From NCBI GenBank assembly GCA_000091205.1, contig AP006484.2: 64,000 bases of DNA, one strand, 5' to 3'. The position numbers were made by a program, and so were the translations under genes. Of this stretch, positions 20,701 through 31,546 are shown piece after piece. Source of the stretch: Cyanidioschyzon merolae. Its lineage: Eukaryota. Numbering within the stretch: position 1 is the stretch's first letter; every line of letters begins with the position of its first letter. The notes under the pieces are model-generated. The model was given only the letters and a program-made list of their open reading frames with translations. It was not told the origin of the DNA and searched no databases.

Positions 20701-22320
20701 ATGCTGCAATCAATGAGTTTGGAAGCAAGGGTTCTTGAGACGCGGAAGAAGGGCGCGTCCAAACACGAGGTGTCCGTAGCTCGCGGGCGAAGCAACGCTG
20801 CTGCCGAAGCGACGCTGCAAACTGCACAGCATCCGTCACAACATGCCGTCCTGGCATACCAGTGCTTCGTGGCCCCGATGTCACCGCTGCGTCTGCAAAG
20901 AAACTCGGAGAATAGGACGCGGCGACTTTGCTCTGTAAGAACGAAGCGACGCTTCGGAAACACAGCGCAAAAGACACAGCGCCTCGAGATTCGTTCGACG
21001 GTGCCCAAGTCAGAGCAACCTGCTGTTCAATACAAAATAGTGGACGCTCTCATCGAGTCCAAAGTCGCAGAGCTTTATCCGCACTTTGCACAAGTTGATC
21101 GCCGAACCGCCTACCATCTAGGACGGATACTGCAGACATTCCGTGCACATCGCCTTGGTACACACCATTTTGCGAGCATCAACGGATACGGACACGGCGA
21201 CATAGGTCGAGACACTCTGGATGCCATCTATGCGGACCTCTTCGGTACAGAGGCGGCACTGGTGCGCGCACAGTTCTTCTCCGGGACGCATGCAATAGCC
21301 TCGTGTCTGTTCGGGGTCCTGCGCCCCGGAGATGAGATGCTTTCGATAAGCGGGAAACCCTACGATACCCTCGAAGAGGTCGTTGGCCTGCGACCCAGTG
21401 CCAATGGGGCTGGAGGCTCCCTTCGCGATTTCGGAATCGAATACCGAGAGCTGGAGCTCAGTGCATCCCACGGGAACATCCTCGATTGGGATGCGCTCGC
21501 CCAAGGAACCTGCTTCTCACCGAAAACCCGCCTGTGCTTGATCCAACGCTCCCGCGGATACGCCTGGCGACCGTCGATTTCCGTCAAGGATATCGTTCGT
21601 GCTGCTCGAATCATCAAGAGCCACCGGCCAGACATGATTGTTTTCGTCGATAATTGCTATGGCGAGTTTGTTGAGGAGTTCGAACCTACGAATCTTAGCG
21701 ACGACATTGACCTTATGGCAGGATCGCTGATCAAGAACCCTGGCGGGACCCTTGCGCTCGGCGGCGGTTACGTAGTGGGGCGTGCAGCGCTGGTCGCTGC
21801 CGCAGCTAACCGCCTCGCAGCACCGGGCGTCCACGGGGGCGCCACCTACAACCTTAATCGAGTCAACTATCAGGGCTTATTTTTGGCGCCTCAGATGGTA
21901 GGAGAGGCGCTCAAAGGGGCAATGTTAGTCGCTACTACGCTTCTTGAGCTCGGGTTTGAGGTATCGCCCATGCCGCCTCAATTCGGAGGAGAAGCAGCCC
22001 ATCGCACAGATATCATTCAGGCCGTTCGACTCGGCGCGCCCGAGCTGATTGTTGCCTTTGCTCGAGCGGTGCAGAAATGGTCCGCTGTAAGTGCATATGT
22101 CCAGCCTACAGCCGGTGCGACACCAGGTTATGAAGATCAGGTGATTTTCGCCGACGGCACCTTTATGGAAGGAAGTACGTTGGAGCTTAGCGCAGATGGG
22201 CCACTTCGTGAACCCTATGTTGTGTACGCACAAGGTGGCACGCACTGGACGCATTGGATTCATGTCTTGCGTGAGTTCGGCGCAGTACTAGATCAACAGC
22301 GCCACGTAAAACTAGGGTAA
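20701..22320 (+). CDS. PLP-dependent methionine gamma-lyase-like protein (PF06838, YnbB / 'aluminium resistance protein' family) with an ~140-aa N-terminal extension
   Basis: INGYGHGDIGRDTLDAIYADLFGTEAALVRAQFFSGTHAIASCLFGVLRPGDEMLSISGKPYDTLEEVVGL, IQRSRGYAWRPSISV, VFVDNCYGEFVEEFEP, AGSLIKNPGGTLA, YQGLFLAPQMVGEALKGA, PGYEDQVIFADGTFMEGSTLELSADGPLREPYVVYAQGG are near-diagnostic for this family, which is mostly bacterial. Confidence 0.82.
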   Translation: MLQSMSLEARVLETRKKGASKHEVSVARGRSNAAAEATLQTAQHPSQHAVLAYQCFVAPMSPLRLQRNSENRTRRLCSVRTKRRFGNTAQKTQRLEIRSTVPKSEQPAVQYKIVDALIESKVAELYPHFAQVDRRTAYHLGRILQTFRAHRLGTHHFASINGYGHGDIGRDTLDAIYADLFGTEAALVRAQFFSGTHAIASCLFGVLRPGDEMLSISGKPYDTLEEVVGLRPSANGAGGSLRDFGIEYRELELSASHGNILDWDALAQGTCFSPKTRLCLIQRSRGYAWRPSISVKDIVRAARIIKSHRPDMIVFVDNCYGEFVEEFEPTNLSDDIDLMAGSLIKNPGGTLALGGGYVVGRAALVAAAANRLAAPGVHGGATYNLNRVNYQGLFLAPQMVGEALKGAMLVATTLLELGFEVSPMPPQFGGEAAHRTDIIQAVRLGAPELIVAFARAVQKWSAVSAYVQPTAGATPGYEDQVIFADGTFMEGSTLELSADGPLREPYVVYAQGGTHWTHWIHVLREFGAVLDQQRHVKLG

Positions 22321-22848
22321 TGATCCACGGAACAGCATTCGCCAATGCATGATGAATCCCGAGCAACGCTGTGGCGTCCTGCGCGTCGAATTTACAATTT
22401 GCTGCTACATACTGGCGTTAAAACACCCTGGTTCAGGCATGATGATACGGGTTGCGCAGAGCCGCGATAACGCTGCGTGCAGCACCGAAAGTTGCAATCT
22501 CTGATTGAGGGCAAGCGAGGCGTCATCATCGACGACTGGGGCAGCGCTTGTGCGGGACCTCGAGATTCGCTTCAAGGCTTACATGCGCAGTGGGTTCCGG
22601 TGAAAGCGGCACCAAATCATGGAAGCTGCGCACTTGAAAAATTCACCTCATGGATGCAACTGAACCCTGCAGATGCCCAGGCGTTGCACTGAGCAACCTG
22701 GGAGTCATTTCGCTCGGCTCCGCTGCATAACCGCGTGCATCATCACGGTGGCGCAGAGTCGAGTCCAGTGCCAAAACCCTCGCCAACAGAACTTGTCCGT
22801 CGTGTTTTTTTTCACTGCGCACGCCCATGCCAACTAGCCGAGCAACGT

Positions 22849-23454
22849 CTACTGATCGAAAGACGAGCTACTTTCCAATAGCTCGTATGGGTTCACGTAG
22901 GAGTCAGTTCCGTAAATTGGTGGTTTATGCTGAACACTGTGACCCCCGCCATGAACCGCACCCGCCCCGTATATGAAAACGAACAGAACTCCCGACAAAA
23001 TCGAGAGGAAGAAAATGGACCCCACAACGAACAGCGCCTGCGAGCGCTCTTGCTGCGCCCTCACGTAGGTACGAACAGTCCGACCACCGCGTTCACGTCG
23101 CAACGGTGCCTCCAGAGCACTGTCCTTGGTCGGCGGCACACGCCCCGCGACGGGTGCCTCTTCGCTGCCGTATAGGTCCCGAACGCGCCGCCTCAGTGAC
23201 TCTAAAAGTGCGCTGTCTGAACCGTCCGGTTGGTCATCGGGCGAAATCGGGTTTTCAGGGCCATCTGGGAACGGTCCACTGGCTCGCAGTTTCCCAAGGC
23301 GACACGCAAACCGCTGACGCCCGAGGTACCGAGGACCAACGCGAGCAGCGCACGTACTAACACGAACAGTGTGACCCGTCTGTAGCAAGTGACGAGACGC
23401 AAAGGCAAACGCTGGCGCCCCACGAGCTGACACCGCCTCGTCTCTACGAAGCAT
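22849..23454 (-). CDS. hypothetical small protein with a single C-terminal transmembrane helix (tail-anchored-like)
   Basis: The ORF is 201 aa. It has a Pro/Arg-rich N-terminal half and one TM helix (LFVVGSIFFLSILSGVLFVFIYGAG). No family was recognised. Confidence 0.3.
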   Translation of the reverse strand: MLRRDEAVSARGAPAFAFASRHLLQTGHTVRVSTCAARVGPRYLGRQRFACRLGKLRASGPFPDGPENPISPDDQPDGSDSALLESLRRRVRDLYGSEEAPVAGRVPPTKDSALEAPLRRERGGRTVRTYVRAQQERSQALFVVGSIFFLSILSGVLFVFIYGAGAVHGGGHSVQHKPPIYGTDSYVNPYELLESSSSFDQ

Positions 23455-24198
23455 TTCCGCTCGTTTGCACGCTCAGGAGCACTAGCCCGAGCCTAAACCG
23501 ATGCTAGAATTGCGCACAATCTGGAAGCAAGCCGCGGATTGCGTGCTGCGGGCGTGCAGGGCGCATGTGGCTGCGCGTGCGCGTTGAAGCGCCTGAATTC
23601 CCCGTACTGCTCTCGTGTAGGCCTGGTGCAAAGGTCGTTAGAGGAGTCCCGGGGCACGTGCCTGGTGACCGGAAAGTGAACCCTTTCTCTGCCGCATTTT
23701 CAGCGAGAAGGGTTATAATTAGAGCGGTGAATTCTCGAGTGCAAGTAGTAGCACACCCTTTTCGTACATGTTTGTATATCTCCCATGTATTCAACAAAAG
23801 GAACACAGCATATAGATTGGAGAAAGGCCGTCTAGAGCTTCATTGAAATCACTGATAGCTTTCAAAGAAAGAGCGTTCCTCATCCAACCTGGCTATTCTA
23901 GGAGCGGCTGGGGATGAGCTGTCCTTCAAGTAGTTTCTATCCTGAAGTCCGTTCAATCAACATGGAACTTATCAACCGCTTTGTACGCGACTGTTCACTC
24001 GAGAATCCGATCCATTTCATGCCTTCTCGGAGAAATGCGTCCGAGGACACCACAGTATATGAAGTTTTCATGTCATGAATGTAAACGTTGACGATGAGAC
24101 TCGGATGCACAAAGGCACTCTTCCAGGCGAAAGCGGCGCGCGTTGAATAACGCACGATCGATTCCGTACTGAAATGCGAACGTTGGTGACAGCATGGA

Positions 24199-24501
24199 GT
24201 GATGGTCATCGCGCTTGATGAGACTTCATTCGGCCGAGACGGTAGGCCTGTATACTACTTTTCAAAATGGCGCAGATTGCTCTTCCCAAGGAGTTTACAG
24301 GCGAGCATGCCGACAACATCAGCTCCGGCTGCGGTGTCATCGCGTGGTCCGCCAGTAATCGACACACAGACAGGACCTTTCAACAGCTCATCCCTCATCG
24401 AAGCGAGTTTCATGGCTTCTCTCTCCGGAATTCTTCTCTCCTGGTGCCAGACAACGCCGCTTTCCAGCAACGCAAATGCTGTGGAGGAGTACCCAATGTA
24501 G
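24199..24501 (+). pseudogene. fragment of a Tc1/mariner-like DDE transposase
   Basis: ALDETSFGRDGRPVYYFSKWRR matches the Tc1 first-Asp block SDESKF..GSDGNSWVRR. It also matches the relics at 28169-28642 and 58970-59569. Confidence 0.45.
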
Positions 24502-27268
24502 ACTGGCGTTGAGCTGCTCCTTGTAACAGCCTATTCTCTCTGGTTGAAATGATCCCGCGTCTTTTCTGATGCCATATGCCATTTTGATGCCCAAGCATCA
24601 AAATACAAGCAGCTAGTGACCAGGACAAGATTTATCGATATAACGTTGTCTACCTTTACGAGAACGAAACTGGGTCGTTCCTCCTCTGCTTGTGCTCCGG
24701 TGCAAACGGGAAGACGCGCTACAGTCAGTAGACATGCTCGCAACGAAAGTGACGAAAAGGCACTGGAGGGTGAGTAAATTCATATGTGCACTGGAAAAAG
24801 AGAGCTCCTTTACCGCCGTCCATCCATTCCGTCTAAATCCCGAGATGCAAACCAGATAAAGAACATCGTGAACACATCCATGCACTCCGCCAAGCAACAG
24901 GGAAAAAGAACCCATCACGTAGCGAAAAGAAAGATCTTCCAGAATAGAGCACGAAAAGAAAAGGAAGGAGAAATTAACGAAGTGGGAAGATCAGCCTGTA
25001 ACCATTGTCGAATCCTCACACTGAAACACATCAACGGTCAGAATCATCCAAAGAGTAACATACAGGACGCTTTCATAGAAAATGCAGCTTCATGTTCGAG
25101 CATATTTCGTCTCGCTGTTTCCGCTTTGACGTACCATGTCAAGAAACTGTTTGTGCGTGTTCCATGCAACGGGCTGGCAACTGTCCACCTCAGCCTGGAA
25201 TCGTTGGATCTACCCGTCGCGTGATACCGCGAATGCTACTCGGGACAGAGGACACATGGCGGTATGACCGTTCGATCAGAGGTTTGGAAGCAAGCTCCCT
25301 TGGACCTCGATGATGCGTCGCTGCGCCACCTGGTCCATCAAAACTTTTACAGTGAAGGATTCAAAAAAACTGTCAAACCAAGCTCAAAAGCCATATCCAG
25401 GATGATGTCGAACGCTTCTCGAGGCGCAGCCTTTGGGCTTTGTATAAATTGTACCCTCTCGTTACTGTTCCAGAAAAGTAGGGACAGATAGAAAGGATTC
25501 TTTGGCATGTCGACGGAGGCAAATGACGAGTTGGTTGCTGTTGAACTTGAGTTCGTGGAGAGGACGGGCGAATGCCGCTACAGGCGCGAGAGTCGCTCAA
25601 GTCATGCTAGCTCATCGCATGTCGACCGCCTCCGGACCGATCGATGTCTTTACTAAAAGACAGTTGGAGCATAAGCGCTGCCTTGCGTGCCTCTGGCGCA
25701 ACGACGTTTTCCTGAACACAGCGCTCCAGAGCAAAACAGATCCCTTCACCGAATCCGAGTGCCCGAGCCTCCTCGAGCGCCTTTCCGTTGTGACTACAAA
25801 TATCCCATCATGGCCAACTATATTACCGTAGGAGCTTCAGTACTGCATGGCCGTTTCCGTGATTTACGTCTAATCTGGGCGGGCAATCAGGAAACTTTCG
25901 AAAGACTTTGTAAAGAGGGCTAGCTGTGTGCGTCCGGGGTTCCTCGTATTCGGGGGAGAAGTGGAGCGCATTACACAGGAACCAGGGAACCCGACGACAC
26001 ATCATTGAGCATGAACTTCGTGAAACTTGCGCATGAATCAACAGATGAGGTTCATTTTCAGCAGTTCAAAGTACATGAAAAGAAAGAATTTTCTATGACC
26101 ATGGATCCCAGGTTGTCGAGCACCATGGCCGACGCCGTCCCTCTGAACCAAGAGGTGAGACGCGAAGACCCGAATGGGAACCAGGTGAAGCTGCTCAACT
26201 TTCCCAGGGCTTGGCATTATCGGGAATTGGGTATGGTGGACGCCCGGAAGCATGCCAACAACCGGAATGGCGTCGCGGTCCATCTGGACGCTGTGCGCGT
26301 CATATCGAGCTGAGCGCGGTGCTCTGTACGCTTCATTTAGGGCATACATGGGCGTCCAAATGGATGCTGCAGACGCTTTTTGGCGGGAGTCCTTGAGACC
26401 GCGCTTGAGGCACCAATTTTTTCGCATGTACGGAGGCGAGAAAGGTGCATCCGCGAACTTGTTCAATGACGTGGAGAAGGAAATGACCAATACGTCGTGA
26501 AGTTTTGTGGTAGTCTAAGGCACTTGACTCTCTGTAGAGCGCAACTGCCGCACTCCTACTCGCTTGGAAAGAGAGTGCGACGCCGACGGGAACCGATTCC
26601 GTACGACTCCCATCGAAGCAATTCGGACGACACACACACACACATCACGAGCACTGGTGCTCGCCGGAGCACATTGAAAAGAATAGGATGAAAAGGGTTG
26701 AAGACACGAAATGCTTTGCGGTAAGCTAAGCGAACGTCAGACGACAACGCAGTTCAAGATGAGAGGCTTCGTATGGTGCGATTTCACAAACAACAATGCG
26801 CCCAAGCATATCTGGTCAGATAACTGAACGTTTTTGTCAGAATACAGAAATTTGGCGGGCTTCCGGAGCGTCAAGCAGTTTCGAGTTGGGCGAAGTTTCC
26901 AGAGAATCGCTCAGTAACCAGTGTGAACATTTTGCTGACAAGTTGTAGATTTGCAATGACCCGTAACAATGGCGTGGCGAATGGACAGTGGGTTTTCGCC
27001 AAGAGCTGGGTACTGGGATTGCGTGGGTCAGCCATCCAGCAAATCTGGAGCACCGCGCATGTCCATCGGGATAGATTTAATCTTGTCATCTGGTAGAAGG
27101 TAATCGAGATCCGTGATTCGATGTTACTGAGTATGCATTGCTCCACGGTCACTCTGTGGCACACCGGAAAGGAGCTTGCCGGCGTCGACGAACTCTCAGA
27201 GGAAATGCAGTTCCAGTTGTCTTTCGACGAAATTTCATAATACATATGGCATTGTCTCGGCGATGGAG

Positions 27269-27674
27269 TCATTGAAACAAACACGTTCTACGAAAATGAA
27301 AGGCAAATAAACATACCCACTTATCGGCGTCTCTCCGGCTTATTTTTGACCAGCTGACTGCTATCGGCTTCAGTTTCTCCATGCACGCTGCGAGCACCAG
27401 AGCCTGTCCCACAAGGTTTGCTCGCATCAGGTCCCTAGGTCTCGTCTTGAGCAGCCCAGATCGTCTGATGTTGATGTCGGCGTTGGAGTCTGGGTTCACG
27501 CACTCCATGCGTTTCCTTGCGCTGGTTGAGCACAGCAATGGAAGGATTCATCGGACTCGCACCCCCTGCGCGAATACACTCTCATCATCGCCTCGTCGGG
27601 CAAACACCTTTACTCACCTGGCATCCCGCTTCTTAGTTTGTTTTGTCACTTGCTCTTCTTCGCTCGATCGTTGA
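27269..27674 (-). pseudogene. C-terminal fragment of a TnpB/Fanzor-like nuclease (RuvC-III block)
   Basis: The minus ORF 27269-27538 reads MECVNPDSNADINIRRSGLLKTRPRDLMRANLVGQ. Compare copy D, EYVNRDFNAAINIRRCAVIERRPPELARENFVGQP. It lies directly downstream of, and on the same strand as, the transposase relic at 28098-28700. Confidence 0.5.
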
Positions 27675-28097
27675 TGAGAAAACTATTCTTCGTTTTTTCC
27701 GGCAGCCGGCGATAGCGGCCCTACGGGATCCTCGGCTTCTATGTGCATACACTTCCTTGGAATTTCTATTTCTTCAAATGAATGCAGTTCATTATGCCCT
27801 TAGATAAGGAACTTCCCGGAGGCAGAGGAACTTGTGGAAGAACGACGAAGTGTACCCTGGTGTCACCATGCTGAAACCTGCAGCGATTCGCCCAGTGCAG
27901 CGATCACCACGTTTTTCAATTGGAAACACTCCTTCGATGGGGTAGAGCAACGGGAAGTACCAAGAAGTGAAAACCTGCTCGTCCCCGATAGATTCGACGA
28001 AAGTTCGAATGCAAGGAGAATGGTGAAATGCCACCTTTTCGAATAGAAGAACGTCGCCAAACGTTAGGGAAAATCCTTCAACGATTCGGAAAAGAGG

Positions 28098-28700
28098 GTG
28101 CTACTGTATGCACCTTCTCTACGAGCGAAACTGAGGTCGCCAAATGAATCCACTGCAGCTAGAAGAGATCACGATATCCTCGTTCTCTTCGAGCTCGACC
28201 GTACACACAACGGGCTCCACATCCGCAGGTATCCATATATGCTCCGTTCGGTTCCTCCGAAGGAAGTCGCATCGACTGGAAAACCAAACCGACGTTCCTC
28301 TGCTTCATACCGATCGCTGACTTCAAGGAACGCTGTCGTTGCGATTTCTCTTGAAGATGGCCAAGCTTGAACTACGACTTTTTTGCGAATGTATCCCAGT
28401 GTTTTCAGGACAACACGGACAAGATGTTGAGAAAGAGAGAAGCCCGTGGCGTCTATCATCGTCACTTTTGCTTTCAGTAAAAAAATCAATGGGTCGTTTT
28501 CTAGCATCGACTGCAAGCAGTCTTTGAGAATATCGGTTCTCGACGCAGAGCGCTTCCACTTTCTATCGGTGTTCCTTAACCATCTGAGAAAGGTGGTATA
28601 ATTGACCTGAATGAGGAAGGCAGTCCTCCCTGCACTGTTCAATAAAGAATATATATCATGCAGTCATTTCGACTCCGATACATGCGGTACAGTGCATAGT
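28098..28700 (-). pseudogene. Tc1/mariner-like DDE transposase relic
   Basis: The minus ORF 28169-28642 has an HTH-like N-terminus (GRTAFLIQVNYTTFLRWLRNTDRKWKR) and a DDE block (FGFPVDATSFGGTERSIYGYLRMWSP). It is homologous to 58617-59569 (WRTAFLVQLSCTAILRWSRNSYRTKNLRP and FVFPVDDTSHGRDGERVKGYSRRWSP). Confidence 0.55.
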
Positions 28701-28949
28701 GGCTTCGATGGTCTGCTATACATTACGAAAAAGCATTCGATTACTCGCAGCGGCCGAGTCACAGTACTGAGTTGAGAGACTAATCCAGCAGGTATGCGGT
28801 GGAGGCTGCAGGCAAGTTGCTCGATTCACATCTATTTTCGCAAACCGTGACCAAAACAACGCCGGGAGCGCCAGCGTATGACCCAGCTAGCTTTACAAAA
28901 GTATCCGGCTGCACTCTGTTGGTGAACGCTATTCAGGAAACGTTTAACC

Positions 28950-30053
28950 GTGGGCACGGTCAAGAGAACTGAACCAGCGCAGCTACGTAAGGCACTAGGG
29001 ACCTATGAGCTTGTGAGCATTAGTGCTGCAGCTCAAGTTGCGTGCACTTTTGTCCGAAACTCGCCTAGAACAAAGTTAGTCTTGCGCTCTAATCTCTACG
29101 AGAGCGCAGAGTCCACACTCACAAGAGGCAGCATGTACGCTTCCGAGACTGCCTCAACGCAGGGGCTTCCTGCACTGGAGCTGGATCCGGAGGAGCTGCT
29201 GGCACAGGTACAGCTGCTTCGCGCCGCGGTTGAGGGTTCTCGTCGAGAGTCCCGCGAGCTCGTAGGCGCTCTAGAGCGAGAGCGGCGTTTGAACTTGGAA
29301 ATGCGTCAAAGATTCGAAAGACAGTTCGCTGCTGTATCGGACCAGCTTCTGCAGCTGAACCACTTGCAAAAGGAGTCGGAAGCCTTGCTTCAAAGTTTAC
29401 AGGAGCAGCTGAACGAGGCCGAGTTGCAAAAAAATGCAGCCCAGCGGGAGCTCGCGTGTGTGCAACGACAACTGAGCCTAGCACGGGCAGAGGCAGACGC
29501 GGGGAAGCGTGTCCTAACCACGATCGCTGAAAAAGAGGCGTTGCTGCGTAAGACATCACAAGCGAACGCTGACTTGCAACAGATCGTCATGCACTTGCAG
29601 GCTGAGCTCCGTAATTCAGAACTACAACCGTCAACGTCGAATGCTTCTGAGGAGCGGCTTCACGAGGCCGAAATACCTTCGTTGGCTGACCGCGATGCAT
29701 ATCAGACGTTGCAACAAACGATTGAGAAACTGTCCGCGGAGCGTGACATGTGGTACCACGAATGCGCCCGCGCCAAGGAGGAATCGCTTCGCTTGCAACA
29801 GGATGCAGAGCGGCTTCGCGGGCTTCTTGACGAGCAACAGCGCGTCCATACCACTACCCAGACGTTGCTGCAGGATCGGCACTTGCTCATGCGTCGCATT
29901 ATTGCAGCACTTGCAGAGAAGTATCTCATGGAGAAACTACCTAATCAACACTACACCCAGGAAATAGATTCGTCCCCGTTTCAAGCACGTGGAGGAACCT
30001 CTGTACAAGAAGCCCATAAGCATGAAAGATTGCGTCGAGCGCGGTCTTTTTAG
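28950..30053 (+). CDS. coiled-coil protein (hypothetical)
   Basis: The ORF is 367 aa and is dominated by heptad-repeat, Q/E/L/R-rich sequence (LQSLQEQLNEAELQKNAAQRELACVQRQLSLARAEADAGKR...). There is no enzymatic motif. Confidence 0.5.
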   Translation: MGTVKRTEPAQLRKALGTYELVSISAAAQVACTFVRNSPRTKLVLRSNLYESAESTLTRGSMYASETASTQGLPALELDPEELLAQVQLLRAAVEGSRRESRELVGALERERRLNLEMRQRFERQFAAVSDQLLQLNHLQKESEALLQSLQEQLNEAELQKNAAQRELACVQRQLSLARAEADAGKRVLTTIAEKEALLRKTSQANADLQQIVMHLQAELRNSELQPSTSNASEERLHEAEIPSLADRDAYQTLQQTIEKLSAERDMWYHECARAKEESLRLQQDAERLRGLLDEQQRVHTTTQTLLQDRHLLMRRIIAALAEKYLMEKLPNQHYTQEIDSSPFQARGGTSVQEAHKHERLRRARSF

Positions 30054-30610
30054 GGCGCTGCAGAGGTCAGCCAGCGCCGCAACTCCGAAAACGGAATACT
30101 AACTATCACATAAATAGTCCCATGAATCTACTTCTCATGATGTGCAGCACATCGCTTATGGATCGGCTTTAGGCCAGAGCATCCTGGACCTTGAGTTTCG
30201 AGATTCTTCGAGGGCTCTGTCCCTTTGTCTACCATGCACCATTGCGGCACGTTTTGCGTCCTGCAGAATTGCGCGTATGCGGCGTCGCAGTGTGAACTGC
30301 AAAAGCCTGCCATCGCAGAGATCGCCATGCACGATTCAGTGGAAATCAGGAGCACGCTCTTGTACGAGCAGCTTCGATGGTCAGCGAGTGAGCTTATTAC
30401 AGGCAATGGCTTGCCTGGATGCCGGCACACATTCACTGATCCCATCGGAGAGCACTCATATCCGAGTATCGAGCACTGAAGATGAGACCAGTGGCACTCC
30501 GCCAATGGATGCCGCATTGGTGGCCCTGTAAAGTGGTAGATAATGCAGGTACTTGAATGGAAATCGCGCTTGAGCATCTACAACGGGTCGAGCGCCCCCA
30601 TGGCCGTTCC

Positions 30611-31546
30611 TCATGACGTACCCAAATCATGGATACGGATGGGGTCAAAATAAGGGCGTTGCTGTGCAAGAGCAGCGCCTAAGTTTTGCCACCATTCCGG
30701 GAGAAGCGTCCGAGCGATCATACGGAACCATGGAGTCAAAGTGTCCGCCTGGTGCTGTAACAATTTGTAGATATCTTCCCGTGTGCATGCTTTCACTGCG
30801 GCGACCTCGTTGGCATTCGGCTCTACGCGCAATCCAGTGCCCGTACTGCCGTCCAGCACGACTTTCTTGCGTGCAAAGAGGATATAGTCGACTTCGTGCT
30901 CGCCCCAAGCGGTATTTGTACGACAAACAGCCCTATATCGGATGCGTGTCAAGTATGAAAGGTCGTCAGGATGGAGACCGGTCAGGCCAAGTTCTTGTTG
31001 AAGCTTTCTCAACGCAGCACGTTTCACGCCAAGCACCGGGTCCGAGACGTTGCACTCGTCCGGGTTGAAGAGAGGGTGCGAGCAGCAGGTGTTCGCCCAC
31101 AGCAGAGGAAACGTGACCTTTGTTGCCGCTCGCTGCTGCAGAATCAAGCGGTTGTCTTCGTCGAAGAGAAAAACCGAGAAAGCTCTGTGCAAAGGTAGGT
31201 TATTCGAGACGAGATGGGCGTCCGCTTTGGAACAGCGTCCGATGACCCGGTCTTCAGCGTCTGTGAGGATGAGCTCTTCCGCAAGCAGAGCCCGTTGTAC
31301 TTCATCTATTCCAGATATCTGAGCTTCCATTCCCAAATAGGATCCTGTGGAGCTCTTTGGATCGAAAAAAGTGCCCCAGAGTCTGCGGAACACCAGACCC
31401 CGACGATACATATGCACATTGCGCGCTAGAAGGTGCGAATGGATTTGCTCCAGCGCTCGACTTGGCAGCGATGGACAGCGATCCATGGCGGGCGTCAGCG
31501 CTGGCGTGCATATTTTTTTCGATGACAAAATGTTTCCATGGACCAT
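30611..31546 (-). CDS. IDI1: isopentenyl-diphosphate delta-isomerase, type I (Nudix fold)
   Basis: [41 protein letters not shown] and [15 protein letters not shown] plus [19 protein letters not shown] are collinear with human IDI1 ([74 protein letters not shown]). The core is preceded by an N-terminal extension of roughly 70 aa. Confidence 0.92.
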   Translation of the reverse strand: [311 protein letters not shown]

